From: Bacteroidales bacterium
GTDB lineage: Bacteria; Bacteroidota; Bacteroidia; Bacteroidales; UBA932
NCBI GenBank assembly: GCA_017615615.1
Contig: JAFZZW010000088.1
Span: forward strand, 395-64,394
Length of the DNA: 64,000 nt
Direction of reading: 5' to 3'
The position numbers and the translations under genes are program-made. The notes below the pieces were generated by a model that made no database searches, was not told the DNA's origin, and saw only the letters and a program-made list of their open reading frames with translations. Position 1 is the first letter of the stretch. The number at the start of each line of letters is the position of its first letter. This document shows positions 47,173-55,286 of the stretch, piece by piece.

Positions 47173-50100
47173 TTATTCTGTTTCTTTAACGATTACCAGA
47201 AGCAGGGCCTGCTCTGCACTTTTCTGCTTGATTGTGTATCCTTTGCCCTTTTCGAGCGTCAGTTCCCCGGAGTCTCCTACAGTGTCGTACGGCGTCGGGA
47301 ATTCCAGTGCGGTGCCGCCGTCGGGAACGATCTGGATCTTTGCCGTATCGGCGGTGCTCGACCTGCGGATGAACCAGAACCGGACTGTGGAGGCAAAGGT
47401 AGCGGATGTGGTGAATGAAAGCGACCCCGAACTGTTCAGCTTGACGCCCTTGGTCGAGGTGTAGTCCCCGATGGTCCATGGATTGAAGTTCTGGGAGTAA
47501 TCCTTGCTGAGGTCGGTCTTGGCGCTTGCCGTGAAATAGCTTCCCTGCGCTCCGTCGGTGAGGTTCCGAGCCACGCTTGATGAGTCGTAGTAGAACACGT
47601 GGGTATGCGCCCTGCCGTCACCTCCCCCGGATCCTGAAGGATCGTCGGGATCGTCCGGGTCGGGCTCGGTGGGATCGTCGCCGGAACCGTTGAACTCGGT
47701 GATGCCGCCGTTGTTGACGGCAACGGGCGCTTCGGCCCAGCCGAGCTTGCCGTAGCCGGCGCCGTCCTTGACCACTGAAGGTACGTCTTCTGCAGGCGTT
47801 ACCACGTAGTCGTACGACGGCTTGAAGTCGTCATAGGTGAGCGGTGTAATTGTGCTGCCGTTGTATGCGGTGTACATCACATTGCTCAGCGGATACGGGT
47901 CTTTGGCTTTTGCAGGGCGGTTGACGTATACGTTCTGCGTCGGATAAAGATAACCTGCAACCGAACCGGTAAGGTTGGATTCGTTGCTCTCCTTGGCGGG
48001 ATAAGTGCAGATATCGGTGGGAAGCTGTACGCCGTCGAAGTAGTTGAACTCCACCAGCACTTTGGCTCCGTATGCCGAACCTACTCCGTAGGTGGTGCAT
48101 CCGTCGTACAGGTTGTTGTAGACGTGTGCCCTGCCGAAGCGCACCCTGGGGTGCCGGCTGCTGGAACCGTCGAACCAGTTGTGGTGGAAGGTCGCCGTTA
48201 TAGCAACGTCCGCGGAAGCGCTGTTGGAGTGCCCCACGAGGCAGCTCTTCTGCGTCTTGATGTAGCGGCACCAGCTGACGGTGACGTTCTTGCTCTCGTG
48301 CGTGATGTCCGTGCTGCCGTCCTCGTAGTCCTTGGTCTGGTTGAGGGATGTGAAGGTGCAGTGGTCGACCCATACGCCGTCGCATTCCTGCATCGAGACA
48401 GCATCAGCGCCATTGTTGGCCTTCGGCTGCTGGAAATTGATGTTGCGGATGATGACGTTCTTCGCACGAACGCAGAAGAAACCTATCCTGTCCATTACGA
48501 AGCCGTCGGTGCCGAGGAAACTGAGGTTGCTGACGTCTTTCACGTCGAACCAGGGGTGCGCCTCGCTGAAGTCGCGTCCGTCAGAGGGCCCGAATGTGCC
48601 GCTGAGCCAGATTGTAACAGGGCTGTGGTCTCCGTTCTTCTCGCTCTTGGTGCGGGCAAGCAGCCATGTCTGGAGGGCCTTGCCGTTGTCGAAGTGGAGG
48701 GTGTTTGCAGATGTCGCTCCTGCGCCTCCCGAAACTCCCTCGGCATAGCCGTAGAGCGCCGTGGGATCGACCGTGGCCTGAGTGGGTGGATCAGTGCATT
48801 CCAGCTCGGCGGACTCGGAAGGTTCGTCGGGTTCATCCGGATTCTCGTTGCCGCTTCCTCCGGCGCTCGCACCGGGCGTGAATTCAAGCTTGTAAATCCT
48901 CAGAGGGCCGCCGGTGCAGTAGACATAGACGTCGCCTGCGCTCACGTTGAACTTGCATTCCGCCTTGGCGCCGTTGGAAGGTACGCCGGCGCTTTGCGAA
49001 CTCTCGGAGCCTCCGGCGAGGACGGCTACGCTTCGGTCCGCCGCGGTGCTGGAACCGGTGTTGGTGGCACATACTGTAAGCCGCCCGGCCCTGTCTGCGT
49101 TGAACTTGAAGTAGCTGTCTTCACTCGAACCGGCATTCGCCATCTGGAAGCAGTCGGTGCGGAATTTGCCCTTTACGGTGACGATGGACAGGCCTTGGAA
49201 CGAGATGCTTACGTTCTCCATCCAGGTGTCGTTGGAGCCGTATTTCTTGAATTCCGTCTGCCAGTCCTGCGTGGAGAAGTCCCAGGTGAAGGTCTGTCCG
49301 ATCTGGGAGGCGTCGGTGATGTCTTCGTCGGAGATTTCGAACTTAAGCGTGTTGACGGTGCCGACATCCAGCGTGATGTCCCTGGAAACGGTGGCGGTGC
49401 GGCTGATAATCAGGCCCGTATCGTCCGTTTCTACGTCAAGCGTAACCTTTGACCCGCCGCTCAGCGTGACTGGATTGTGGATGATGAAGACGCCGGCGGA
49501 GCCGTCCGCCGTCCAGTCGCTGCCGTCGTATGTCGCTCCTACGTAATTGTACTGCTGCTTGCTCTCCCAACCGTCTATGGCCGAAGTGGTTACGTCAACG
49601 CGGACGCATCCGCTCAGCGTGGCGGCGGAAGAAGAAAGTTTGACGCTCTTTATCTTTTTGCCTGAGAGTTTGCCTCCGGTGGTGGCGTCTGCGACTACAA
49701 TCCTGGAGACGGCCAGGATGCGGTTGAAATGGAGTTTGCCTGCCGCCTGCGCCTTGCCGTCACTTACGTTGACCGTGAGGGCGTCGGAGACAAGCACGTC
49801 GCTTGATGTGTCGAAAGTGGAGAGGTCGCTGATTGTCTGGACCTGGGCGACGTCGAACTTGAAGATGTTTCCGGCGCGCCCGGCCTTTTTGGGGCGGTGG
49901 GCGTAGATCACGGTCTGCCCTTCCGCTGCCTCGATGGAGCCGGAGAAGCTGCCCGTCCTGCCGGCGCCGGACTGGTTGACGAACTTGTACTGCTTGGCGT
50001 AGTCGCCGTCAATCAACGGATTGATATAGATGGAGTCGGCATCGTTCCACATGGGCTGCCAGTCGTCACCGGACTGCACGATATATGTGCGCGTGCCCGG

Positions 50101-50226
50101 CTCTCCGGCCTCGACGGTAAGCGGAATCAAAGAAGGGGAGGATGTGCCCTCGGGCGCCGCCTCGGGCTGGCAGGATGCCAGCAGGGCGCTTATGCCAAAT
50201 AACAAGGAGAAAAATGTCTTTTTCAT
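47173..50226 (-). CDS. Lipoprotein: fimbrillin-like domain + beta-sandwich + PL1 pectate lyase + CBM77-like C terminus
   Basis: LASC lipobox, TRTY...W...DSI; PL1 motifs VWVDHC, DGSTDI, RHPRVRFG; P/D-rich linkers. Confidence 0.9.
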   Translation of the reverse strand: MKKTFFSLLFGISALLASCQPEAAPEGTSSPSLIPLTVEAGEPGTRTYIVQSGDDWQPMWNDADSIYINPLIDGDYAKQYKFVNQSGAGRTGSFSGSIEAAEGQTVIYAHRPKKAGRAGNIFKFDVAQVQTISDLSTFDTSSDVLVSDALTVNVSDGKAQAAGKLHFNRILAVSRIVVADATTGGKLSGKKIKSVKLSSSAATLSGCVRVDVTTSAIDGWESKQQYNYVGATYDGSDWTADGSAGVFIIHNPVTLSGGSKVTLDVETDDTGLIISRTATVSRDITLDVGTVNTLKFEISDEDITDASQIGQTFTWDFSTQDWQTEFKKYGSNDTWMENVSISFQGLSIVTVKGKFRTDCFQMANAGSSEDSYFKFNADRAGRLTVCATNTGSSTAADRSVAVLAGGSESSQSAGVPSNGAKAECKFNVSAGDVYVYCTGGPLRIYKLEFTPGASAGGSGNENPDEPDEPSESAELECTDPPTQATVDPTALYGYAEGVSGGAGATSANTLHFDNGKALQTWLLARTKSEKNGDHSPVTIWLSGTFGPSDGRDFSEAHPWFDVKDVSNLSFLGTDGFVMDRIGFFCVRAKNVIIRNINFQQPKANNGADAVSMQECDGVWVDHCTFTSLNQTKDYEDGSTDITHESKNVTVSWCRYIKTQKSCLVGHSNSASADVAITATFHHNWFDGSSSRHPRVRFGRAHVYNNLYDGCTTYGVGSAYGAKVLVEFNYFDGVQLPTDICTYPAKESNESNLTGSVAGYLYPTQNVYVNRPAKAKDPYPLSNVMYTAYNGSTITPLTYDDFKPSYDYVVTPAEDVPSVVKDGAGYGKLGWAEAPVAVNNGGITEFNGSGDDPTEPDPDDPDDPSGSGGGDGRAHTHVFYYDSSSVARNLTDGAQGSYFTASAKTDLSKDYSQNFNPWTIGDYTSTKGVKLNSSGSLSFTTSATFASTVRFWFIRRSSTADTAKIQIVPDGGTALEFPTPYDTVGDSGELTLEKGKGYTIKQKSAEQALLLVIVKETE

Positions 50227-50238
50227 GTTTCGTACTGT

Positions 50239-50391
50239 TTAAAAGACAAATTCTTCCCCCCCGGTGAGGGCGTCCCCCGGCCCCTCATCAGAGAGGTCGC
50301 TCTCTCCCAGGAGCGCCTCCCTGACGTTCAGCCTTTCGTATTCGCACCGTGGTGGTGCATATCTAACTGCCTTAATCACAATTGTTTGCAT
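50239..50391 (-). CDS. 50-aa YxxP-type micro-peptide (not in ORF track)
   Basis: MQTIVIKAVRYAPPRCEYERLNVREALLGESDLSDEGPGDALTGGEEFVF; stop 12 nt before the next ATG. Confidence 0.65.
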   Translation of the reverse strand: MQTIVIKAVRYAPPRCEYERLNVREALLGESDLSDEGPGDALTGGEEFVF

Positions 50392-50441
50392 TGCGACCTC
50401 TGGGAAAATCTCCCAGAGGTCGAGAGGTAAGTGGGTGAGAA

Positions 50442-52091
50442 TTAGCTCTCTACGAATTTAATTGCAAAGATCCAGGGGCTGTTGGCGCCGGAAACTTTCA
50501 CTATCTGGATCTTCTGCGGATTGCCGGTAGTGTTGGTTATGGTCCAGGAATACTCCATTGCTCCAAGGCCGTTGGCGCTTGCATCATAGCAACTCAGGTC
50601 AACATTTGTGCCGTAAGAAAGCCCGTCGACAAGAATGCCGAGTTTGCAGTCGCCGCCATCAGTTGCCGGCTTGCCTACAGCGGCCGTGACATACAGGGTG
50701 CCGCTCTTGTTTGTATTGAAGAACAGGTAGGCTGCACTGCCGCCGTAGGAAAGGGGATAATAATAGATCTTGTCGGAAGAAGACTGCTTCTTGTTGGTCT
50801 TGATAGCCTTCTTGTTGGGTGACAGATAAAGGACGTTATTCTCGGTCCAGGTGGTTACGGCGCTTATAGCCCCGCTGGTGTATTTGTACGTTGATTCGTC
50901 GGAAACGTTGATGTCGGATTTGTGATCGGTCGTGAAGTTCCAGACATACTCGGTACTTGCGGAGGTGGCGCGCTTCTTCTGGCTTACGGTAATCTTCTGT
51001 ACCTCTTCTCCTGCGAGGTTAAGGCCGATCCATCCTTCGCGGGCTTCGCCAGTATTCTCCGAAACACTGTAAGTGACGGTCCCTGATGCAATGGATGCTG
51101 CAGTAACTGTCGTGCCGTCATAAGTCACGGTCACATCGGCATCCGCACAGTTCTTGATGGTATAGGCACCGGAGATGGTGAGACCTGTAGCGGCATCCGC
51201 TTCTACCTGGACCATGGACTTGTTTAAAGTAAGTTTGGGGGCGGTGGAGAAGTCGAATACAGGAGTGCCGATATTATAAATTTTGCCGGCTTGAGGAATC
51301 AGCGACGAGAAACTGTGGGTAAGTTCGGCTTCGACATCATTGGTGTCCGTTGCCAGAAGCGTGATGCTTCCCAGGCTGTTGTTGGGCTTGATGGTGATGG
51401 GAACCAGGTAGAATGAATCTTTGACAAATGTGCCGGTTTTGGGTGCGAGGTTGATGAAATTGGTGGATGAAGAGGCTCCGTTGCATGCAGTAGGTGCACC
51501 TGATTCTATTGATACCTGGACGCGTCCGAAAATCCTGGCTCCGCCTGACGAAGAAATCTTGATGGATTTGATATTGTCGTTCCCGATGGTCAGCTTAAGG
51601 TAGGCTACGGCGTGCCTGAAGGCAAAGTTGCCGTTGTCCAGGACAGCTGTCATGATTCCAATATGGGGATCGAATCCGTTTTCTACTGCCAAAGCCGGCT
51701 GGTTGACGCTGGCATAGGCCTTTTTAAGCTCCAGTGTGGTTGCCGACGCCGTAAGTGCGGTGTACAGCTTGATGTTGGGGTATACCGCATAGAACTCGGT
51801 TTCTTCTGCATCGGCCTGATCGATGCTTCCGGAGAATGTCGCGGTTTTGGTCCCTTCTCCGCTCGAGAGCAAGAATTCATACTGGTTTCCGGATCCCTTG
51901 GCAATTACGTTGAGCGTATCCGTATCGGACCACAGAACATCCAGTCCGCTGAGTTCTGTCTTTGTGGTCTCGGGAGCGATTACGGTGAAGGTCTTCTTTA
52001 CGAGCCTGTTGCTCTGGGGTGTTGTTTCTTTGGTGCAGGAGACTGCAAGCAGTGTAAGTGCTGCGATGGTAAAAGCGATGATCTTTTTCAT
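50442..52091 (-). CDS. Fimbrillin-like lipoprotein with BACON-like and C-terminal beta-sandwich domains
   Basis: AVSC-TKE lipobox, TKTEL...W.D.D.L.V, FYAVYP, F.HAVAYLKL; VSENTGEAREG.I...ITVSQ. Confidence 0.85.
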   Translation of the reverse strand: MKKIIAFTIAALTLLAVSCTKETTPQSNRLVKKTFTVIAPETTKTELSGLDVLWSDTDTLNVIAKGSGNQYEFLLSSGEGTKTATFSGSIDQADAEETEFYAVYPNIKLYTALTASATTLELKKAYASVNQPALAVENGFDPHIGIMTAVLDNGNFAFRHAVAYLKLTIGNDNIKSIKISSSGGARIFGRVQVSIESGAPTACNGASSSTNFINLAPKTGTFVKDSFYLVPITIKPNNSLGSITLLATDTNDVEAELTHSFSSLIPQAGKIYNIGTPVFDFSTAPKLTLNKSMVQVEADAATGLTISGAYTIKNCADADVTVTYDGTTVTAASIASGTVTYSVSENTGEAREGWIGLNLAGEEVQKITVSQKKRATSASTEYVWNFTTDHKSDINVSDESTYKYTSGAISAVTTWTENNVLYLSPNKKAIKTNKKQSSSDKIYYYPLSYGGSAAYLFFNTNKSGTLYVTAAVGKPATDGGDCKLGILVDGLSYGTNVDLSCYDASANGLGAMEYSWTITNTTGNPQKIQIVKVSGANSPWIFAIKFVES

Positions 52092-52109
52092 TGTTCTGTC
52101 CTCCTGTCG

Positions 52110-52247
52110 TTACCAGTTAATGGTGCTGTATGTGTCATCTTCCTCCAGGGAAGGGATTGTTCCGCCGAGACTCTCTTGAAGGAAGCAGCCGGCGTTTACC
52201 GCTTCCAGCCATTCTGCCTGCGGGGCAGAGTAGTACTTCTTTGTCAT
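52110..52247 (-). CDS. 45-aa YxxP-type micro-peptide (not in ORF track)
   Basis: MTKKYYSAPQAEWLEAVNAGCFLQESLGGTIPSLEEDDTYSTINW, immediately upstream of the fimbrillin-like gene. Confidence 0.75.
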   Translation of the reverse strand: MTKKYYSAPQAEWLEAVNAGCFLQESLGGTIPSLEEDDTYSTINW

Positions 52248-52300
52248 ACTAAAATGTATCAATATTGTTGTTGTCTATATCATTTCGAGCTATCATTCTC

Positions 52301-52329
52301 TGTCATTTCGAGCGTAGTCGAGAAATCTC
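52301..52329 (+). repeat. REP-like palindrome family 1
   Basis: TGTCATTTCGAGCGTAGTCGAGAAATCTC right after the uxaA stop; partial copy at 52278-52290. Confidence 0.85.
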
Positions 52330-52330
52330 C

Positions 52331-53863
52331 TTACAGTGTCACTCCGCTCTTGAATATCGCGATTTCCCTGTAACCGTTGCGCTCTGCCTGAACCGGCTCC
52401 CCGCTGGCGGCTGCAAGGACGGCGTCGATGAAGCGGGACGCCACCTCTGACATAGGCTCGTCCTGCGCCAGCACCCCGGCGTTGAAGTCTATCCAGCCGG
52501 GTTTGCCTTCGTACAGGGGTGTGTTGGTCGATATTTTCATTGTGGGCACGAAGCTCCCGAAAGGGGTGCCACGGCCGGTGGTGAACAGAACGATCTGGCA
52601 GCCCGAGGCACCCAGGGCCGTGCTGGCCACAAGGTCGTTGCCCGGGGCGCTGAGAAGGTTCAGCCCCTTGGCCGAAAGCCTCTCGCCATACTTGAGCACG
52701 CCGCGGACGATGCTCTTTCCGCACTTCTGGGTGCATCCGAGCGATTTTTCCTCCAGAGTGCTGATGCCGCCCGCCTTGTTGCCGGGCGACGGGTTCTCGT
52801 ACACGGGCATGCCCTGCTTGATGAAGTATTCCTTGAAGTCGTTGATCAGGCTGACAGTCTTGTCGAAGGTTGCCTTGTCCTGGCAGCGGTTCATAAGGAT
52901 GGTTTCCGCGCCGAACATTTCCGGCACCTCGGTAAGCACCGTGGTGCCTCCCTGGGAGACGATCCAGTCGGAAAAGACTCCCAGAAGGGGATTGGCGGTG
53001 ATTCCGCTGAGGCCGTCGGAGCCGCCGCACTTGAGGCCTACGCGAAGCTCGCTGACGGGGACCTCCGTACGTTCGTCCTTTGAACATACGGCATAAATCT
53101 CACGGAGCTGCTGAAGGCCGTATTCGATTTCGTCGCCGACCTTCTGGGTGGCGAACATGCGCACGCGGGAATCGTCAACGGGGCCGACAAGTTCCCGGAA
53201 CGCGTCGAGCTGGTTGTTCTCGCACCCCAGGCTCACCACCAGCACACCGCCGGCGTTGGGGTGGTGCACCATGTCGGAGAGAACCGTCCGGGTGTTCTCG
53301 TGGTCGGGGCCCAGCTGCGAACACCCGTAGTTATGTGGAAATGCGACAACTGCGTCTATGCTGCCCTCACTTCCGGCAATCTCCTTGCTGAAACGCTCAG
53401 CGAGCTGCTGGCAGATGCCGTTGACGCATCCCACGGTAGGGATAATCCAAATCTGGTTTCGAATGCCCACCTGCCCGTCAGCGCGCCTGAATCCGCGGAA
53501 TACTCCGCGGATTCTATTATCCCCCTGCACCCCCAAGGGACGGGGGGCGTTCCCCCCGAAACCCCCTGATTGTTCCGAACGAACGGAGATAACCGGCTCG
53601 TACTTATACTCCAGCAGTCCCTCGAGATTCGTCTTGATGCACGAATGGTCCACCAGAGACCCTGCAGCCGCATCCCGCGTCACATGACCGATAGGGTACC
53701 CGTACTTGATGACGTCGTCTCCCGCCTTCAAGTCCTTCAGGACCGCTTTGTGGCCCCTTGGCACGTCGCTCACCAGCGTCACGCCTTCCACCGCCTCGCC
53801 CTTCTTCAGGTCCTGCAAGGCCACCGCCACATTGTCCTCCGGATTTATTTTGATATACCTCAT
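52331..53863 (-). CDS. uxaA: Altronate dehydratase
   Basis: SAF domain DNVAVAL..GHK, GIRN, PTVGCVN, H.YGCSQLG, GLGCENN-like motif, KCGGSDG, NPSPGNKAGG. Confidence 0.97.
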   Translation of the reverse strand: MRYIKINPEDNVAVALQDLKKGEAVEGVTLVSDVPRGHKAVLKDLKAGDDVIKYGYPIGHVTRDAAAGSLVDHSCIKTNLEGLLEYKYEPVISVRSEQSGGFGGNAPRPLGVQGDNRIRGVFRGFRRADGQVGIRNQIWIIPTVGCVNGICQQLAERFSKEIAGSEGSIDAVVAFPHNYGCSQLGPDHENTRTVLSDMVHHPNAGGVLVVSLGCENNQLDAFRELVGPVDDSRVRMFATQKVGDEIEYGLQQLREIYAVCSKDERTEVPVSELRVGLKCGGSDGLSGITANPLLGVFSDWIVSQGGTTVLTEVPEMFGAETILMNRCQDKATFDKTVSLINDFKEYFIKQGMPVYENPSPGNKAGGISTLEEKSLGCTQKCGKSIVRGVLKYGERLSAKGLNLLSAPGNDLVASTALGASGCQIVLFTTGRGTPFGSFVPTMKISTNTPLYEGKPGWIDFNAGVLAQDEPMSEVASRFIDAVLAAASGEPVQAERNGYREIAIFKSGVTL

Positions 53864-53864
53864 T

Positions 53865-55280
53865 TTAGAAGTTAAAATAGTTCTTTGCGTTGTTGTAGCA
53901 GATGTCTTCGACCATCCGGCCTATGAAGGGGAGCTCGGAGGCGGGGAGCTTGCCTTCTTCGATATCGCGCCCGAGGACGTCGCAGAGGATGCGGCGGAAG
54001 TACTCGTGACGGGGATAGCTGATGAAGGAACGGCTGTCGGTAAGCATGCCGACGAAGCGGCTCAGCAGGCCGAGGACGCTCAGCGCATCCATCTGCTTGC
54101 GCATGCCGTTCTCCTGGTCCAGGAACCACCAGCCGCTGCCGAACTGCATCTTGCCGGGAACGGTGCCGTCGTTGAATGTATAGGCCATGGTCATCATGAC
54201 CTCGTTATCCTTGGGATTGAGGCAATAGAGAATGGTCTTCGCAAGCTTGTCCTCCCTTGCAAGGCGGTCAAGGAACTTATGCCCTGCGGCGGCGGTGGGA
54301 AGGTCATGTATGGCATCGAATCCCGTATCGGGCCCGACCAGGCGGAACATCTTGCTGTTGTTGTTGCGGATTGCGCCCACGTGGAACTGCTGCGCCCAGC
54401 CGGCCTCGGCGTCCATGACGGCCTGGTCGTACAGGAAAGCGCTGCGGAACTTCTCGATCTCCTTGGGACCGGGAGCGATTCCCATCAGGGCCTTCTTGAA
54501 TATAAGTTCGATCTCGATTTCCTTATAGTCCGCAGCATAGAACGTCTCCAGACCGTGGTCCGAGAGCTTGCAGCCGTTGGCGGCAAAATAATCGTGCCTC
54601 TTCTTAAGGGCCTCCTGCAGGTCGGCGTAAGAGTCGATTTCCATTCCCGCCGCTTCACCGAGCTTCTCCAGATACTCCTTGTAGGACTTGGGATCCTCGA
54701 TGGCCATGGCCTTGTCCGGCCTCCATGCAGGGATGACCTTGGTGCCGAAAGGATTGGCGGCAATCAACTTGTGCCAGCGCAGGTCGTCGGCAGGGTCGTC
54801 CGTGGTGCATACCACCTCGACTCCGAACTTGCGGATCAGGGCCTGACCGCGGAACTCCGGCGTCGCGAGTTTGGCGTTGCACTCATCAAAAATCTCGCGC
54901 GCTGTGGCGGGGCAAAGCAGTTTGTCGATGCCGAAAACGCGGCTGAGCTCCAGGTGAGTCCAATGGTAAAGCGGATTGCGCATCGTATAGGGAACCGTTT
55001 CCGCCCACTTGGCGAAGGTGTCCCAGGAGCTGTATTTGCCACCGGTCAGATAGTCCTCGGAAACGCCGTTAGCCCTCATTGCGCGCCATTTGTAATGGTC
55101 GCCGTAATGGCCGTCCACCAGCCAGAGCTGGGTGATGTCGCGGAACTGGATGTTCTCAGCAATCTGCTGCGGCACCAGATGGCAGTGATAGTCGATAATG
55201 GGCATCTTCGCTGCATGCTCGTGATACAGCCCGGAGGCTGTATCACTTTGCAGCATAAAGTTTTCGTTGATGAAACTCAT
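53865..55280 (-). CDS. uxaC: Uronate isomerase
   Basis: PIIDYHCH, GDHYKWRAMR, NPLYHWTHLEL, CTTDDP, GSGWWFLD, GMLTDSRSF.SYPRHEYFRR. Confidence 0.98.
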   Translation of the reverse strand: MSFINENFMLQSDTASGLYHEHAAKMPIIDYHCHLVPQQIAENIQFRDITQLWLVDGHYGDHYKWRAMRANGVSEDYLTGGKYSSWDTFAKWAETVPYTMRNPLYHWTHLELSRVFGIDKLLCPATAREIFDECNAKLATPEFRGQALIRKFGVEVVCTTDDPADDLRWHKLIAANPFGTKVIPAWRPDKAMAIEDPKSYKEYLEKLGEAAGMEIDSYADLQEALKKRHDYFAANGCKLSDHGLETFYAADYKEIEIELIFKKALMGIAPGPKEIEKFRSAFLYDQAVMDAEAGWAQQFHVGAIRNNNSKMFRLVGPDTGFDAIHDLPTAAAGHKFLDRLAREDKLAKTILYCLNPKDNEVMMTMAYTFNDGTVPGKMQFGSGWWFLDQENGMRKQMDALSVLGLLSRFVGMLTDSRSFISYPRHEYFRRILCDVLGRDIEEGKLPASELPFIGRMVEDICYNNAKNYFNF

Positions 55281-55286
55281 AACGGA

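Noticed and set aside
50378-50391. Second LacI operator (ACAATTGTTTGCAT)
   Set aside because: Only a half-site match, lacks the central CG, and coincides with the micro-peptide start
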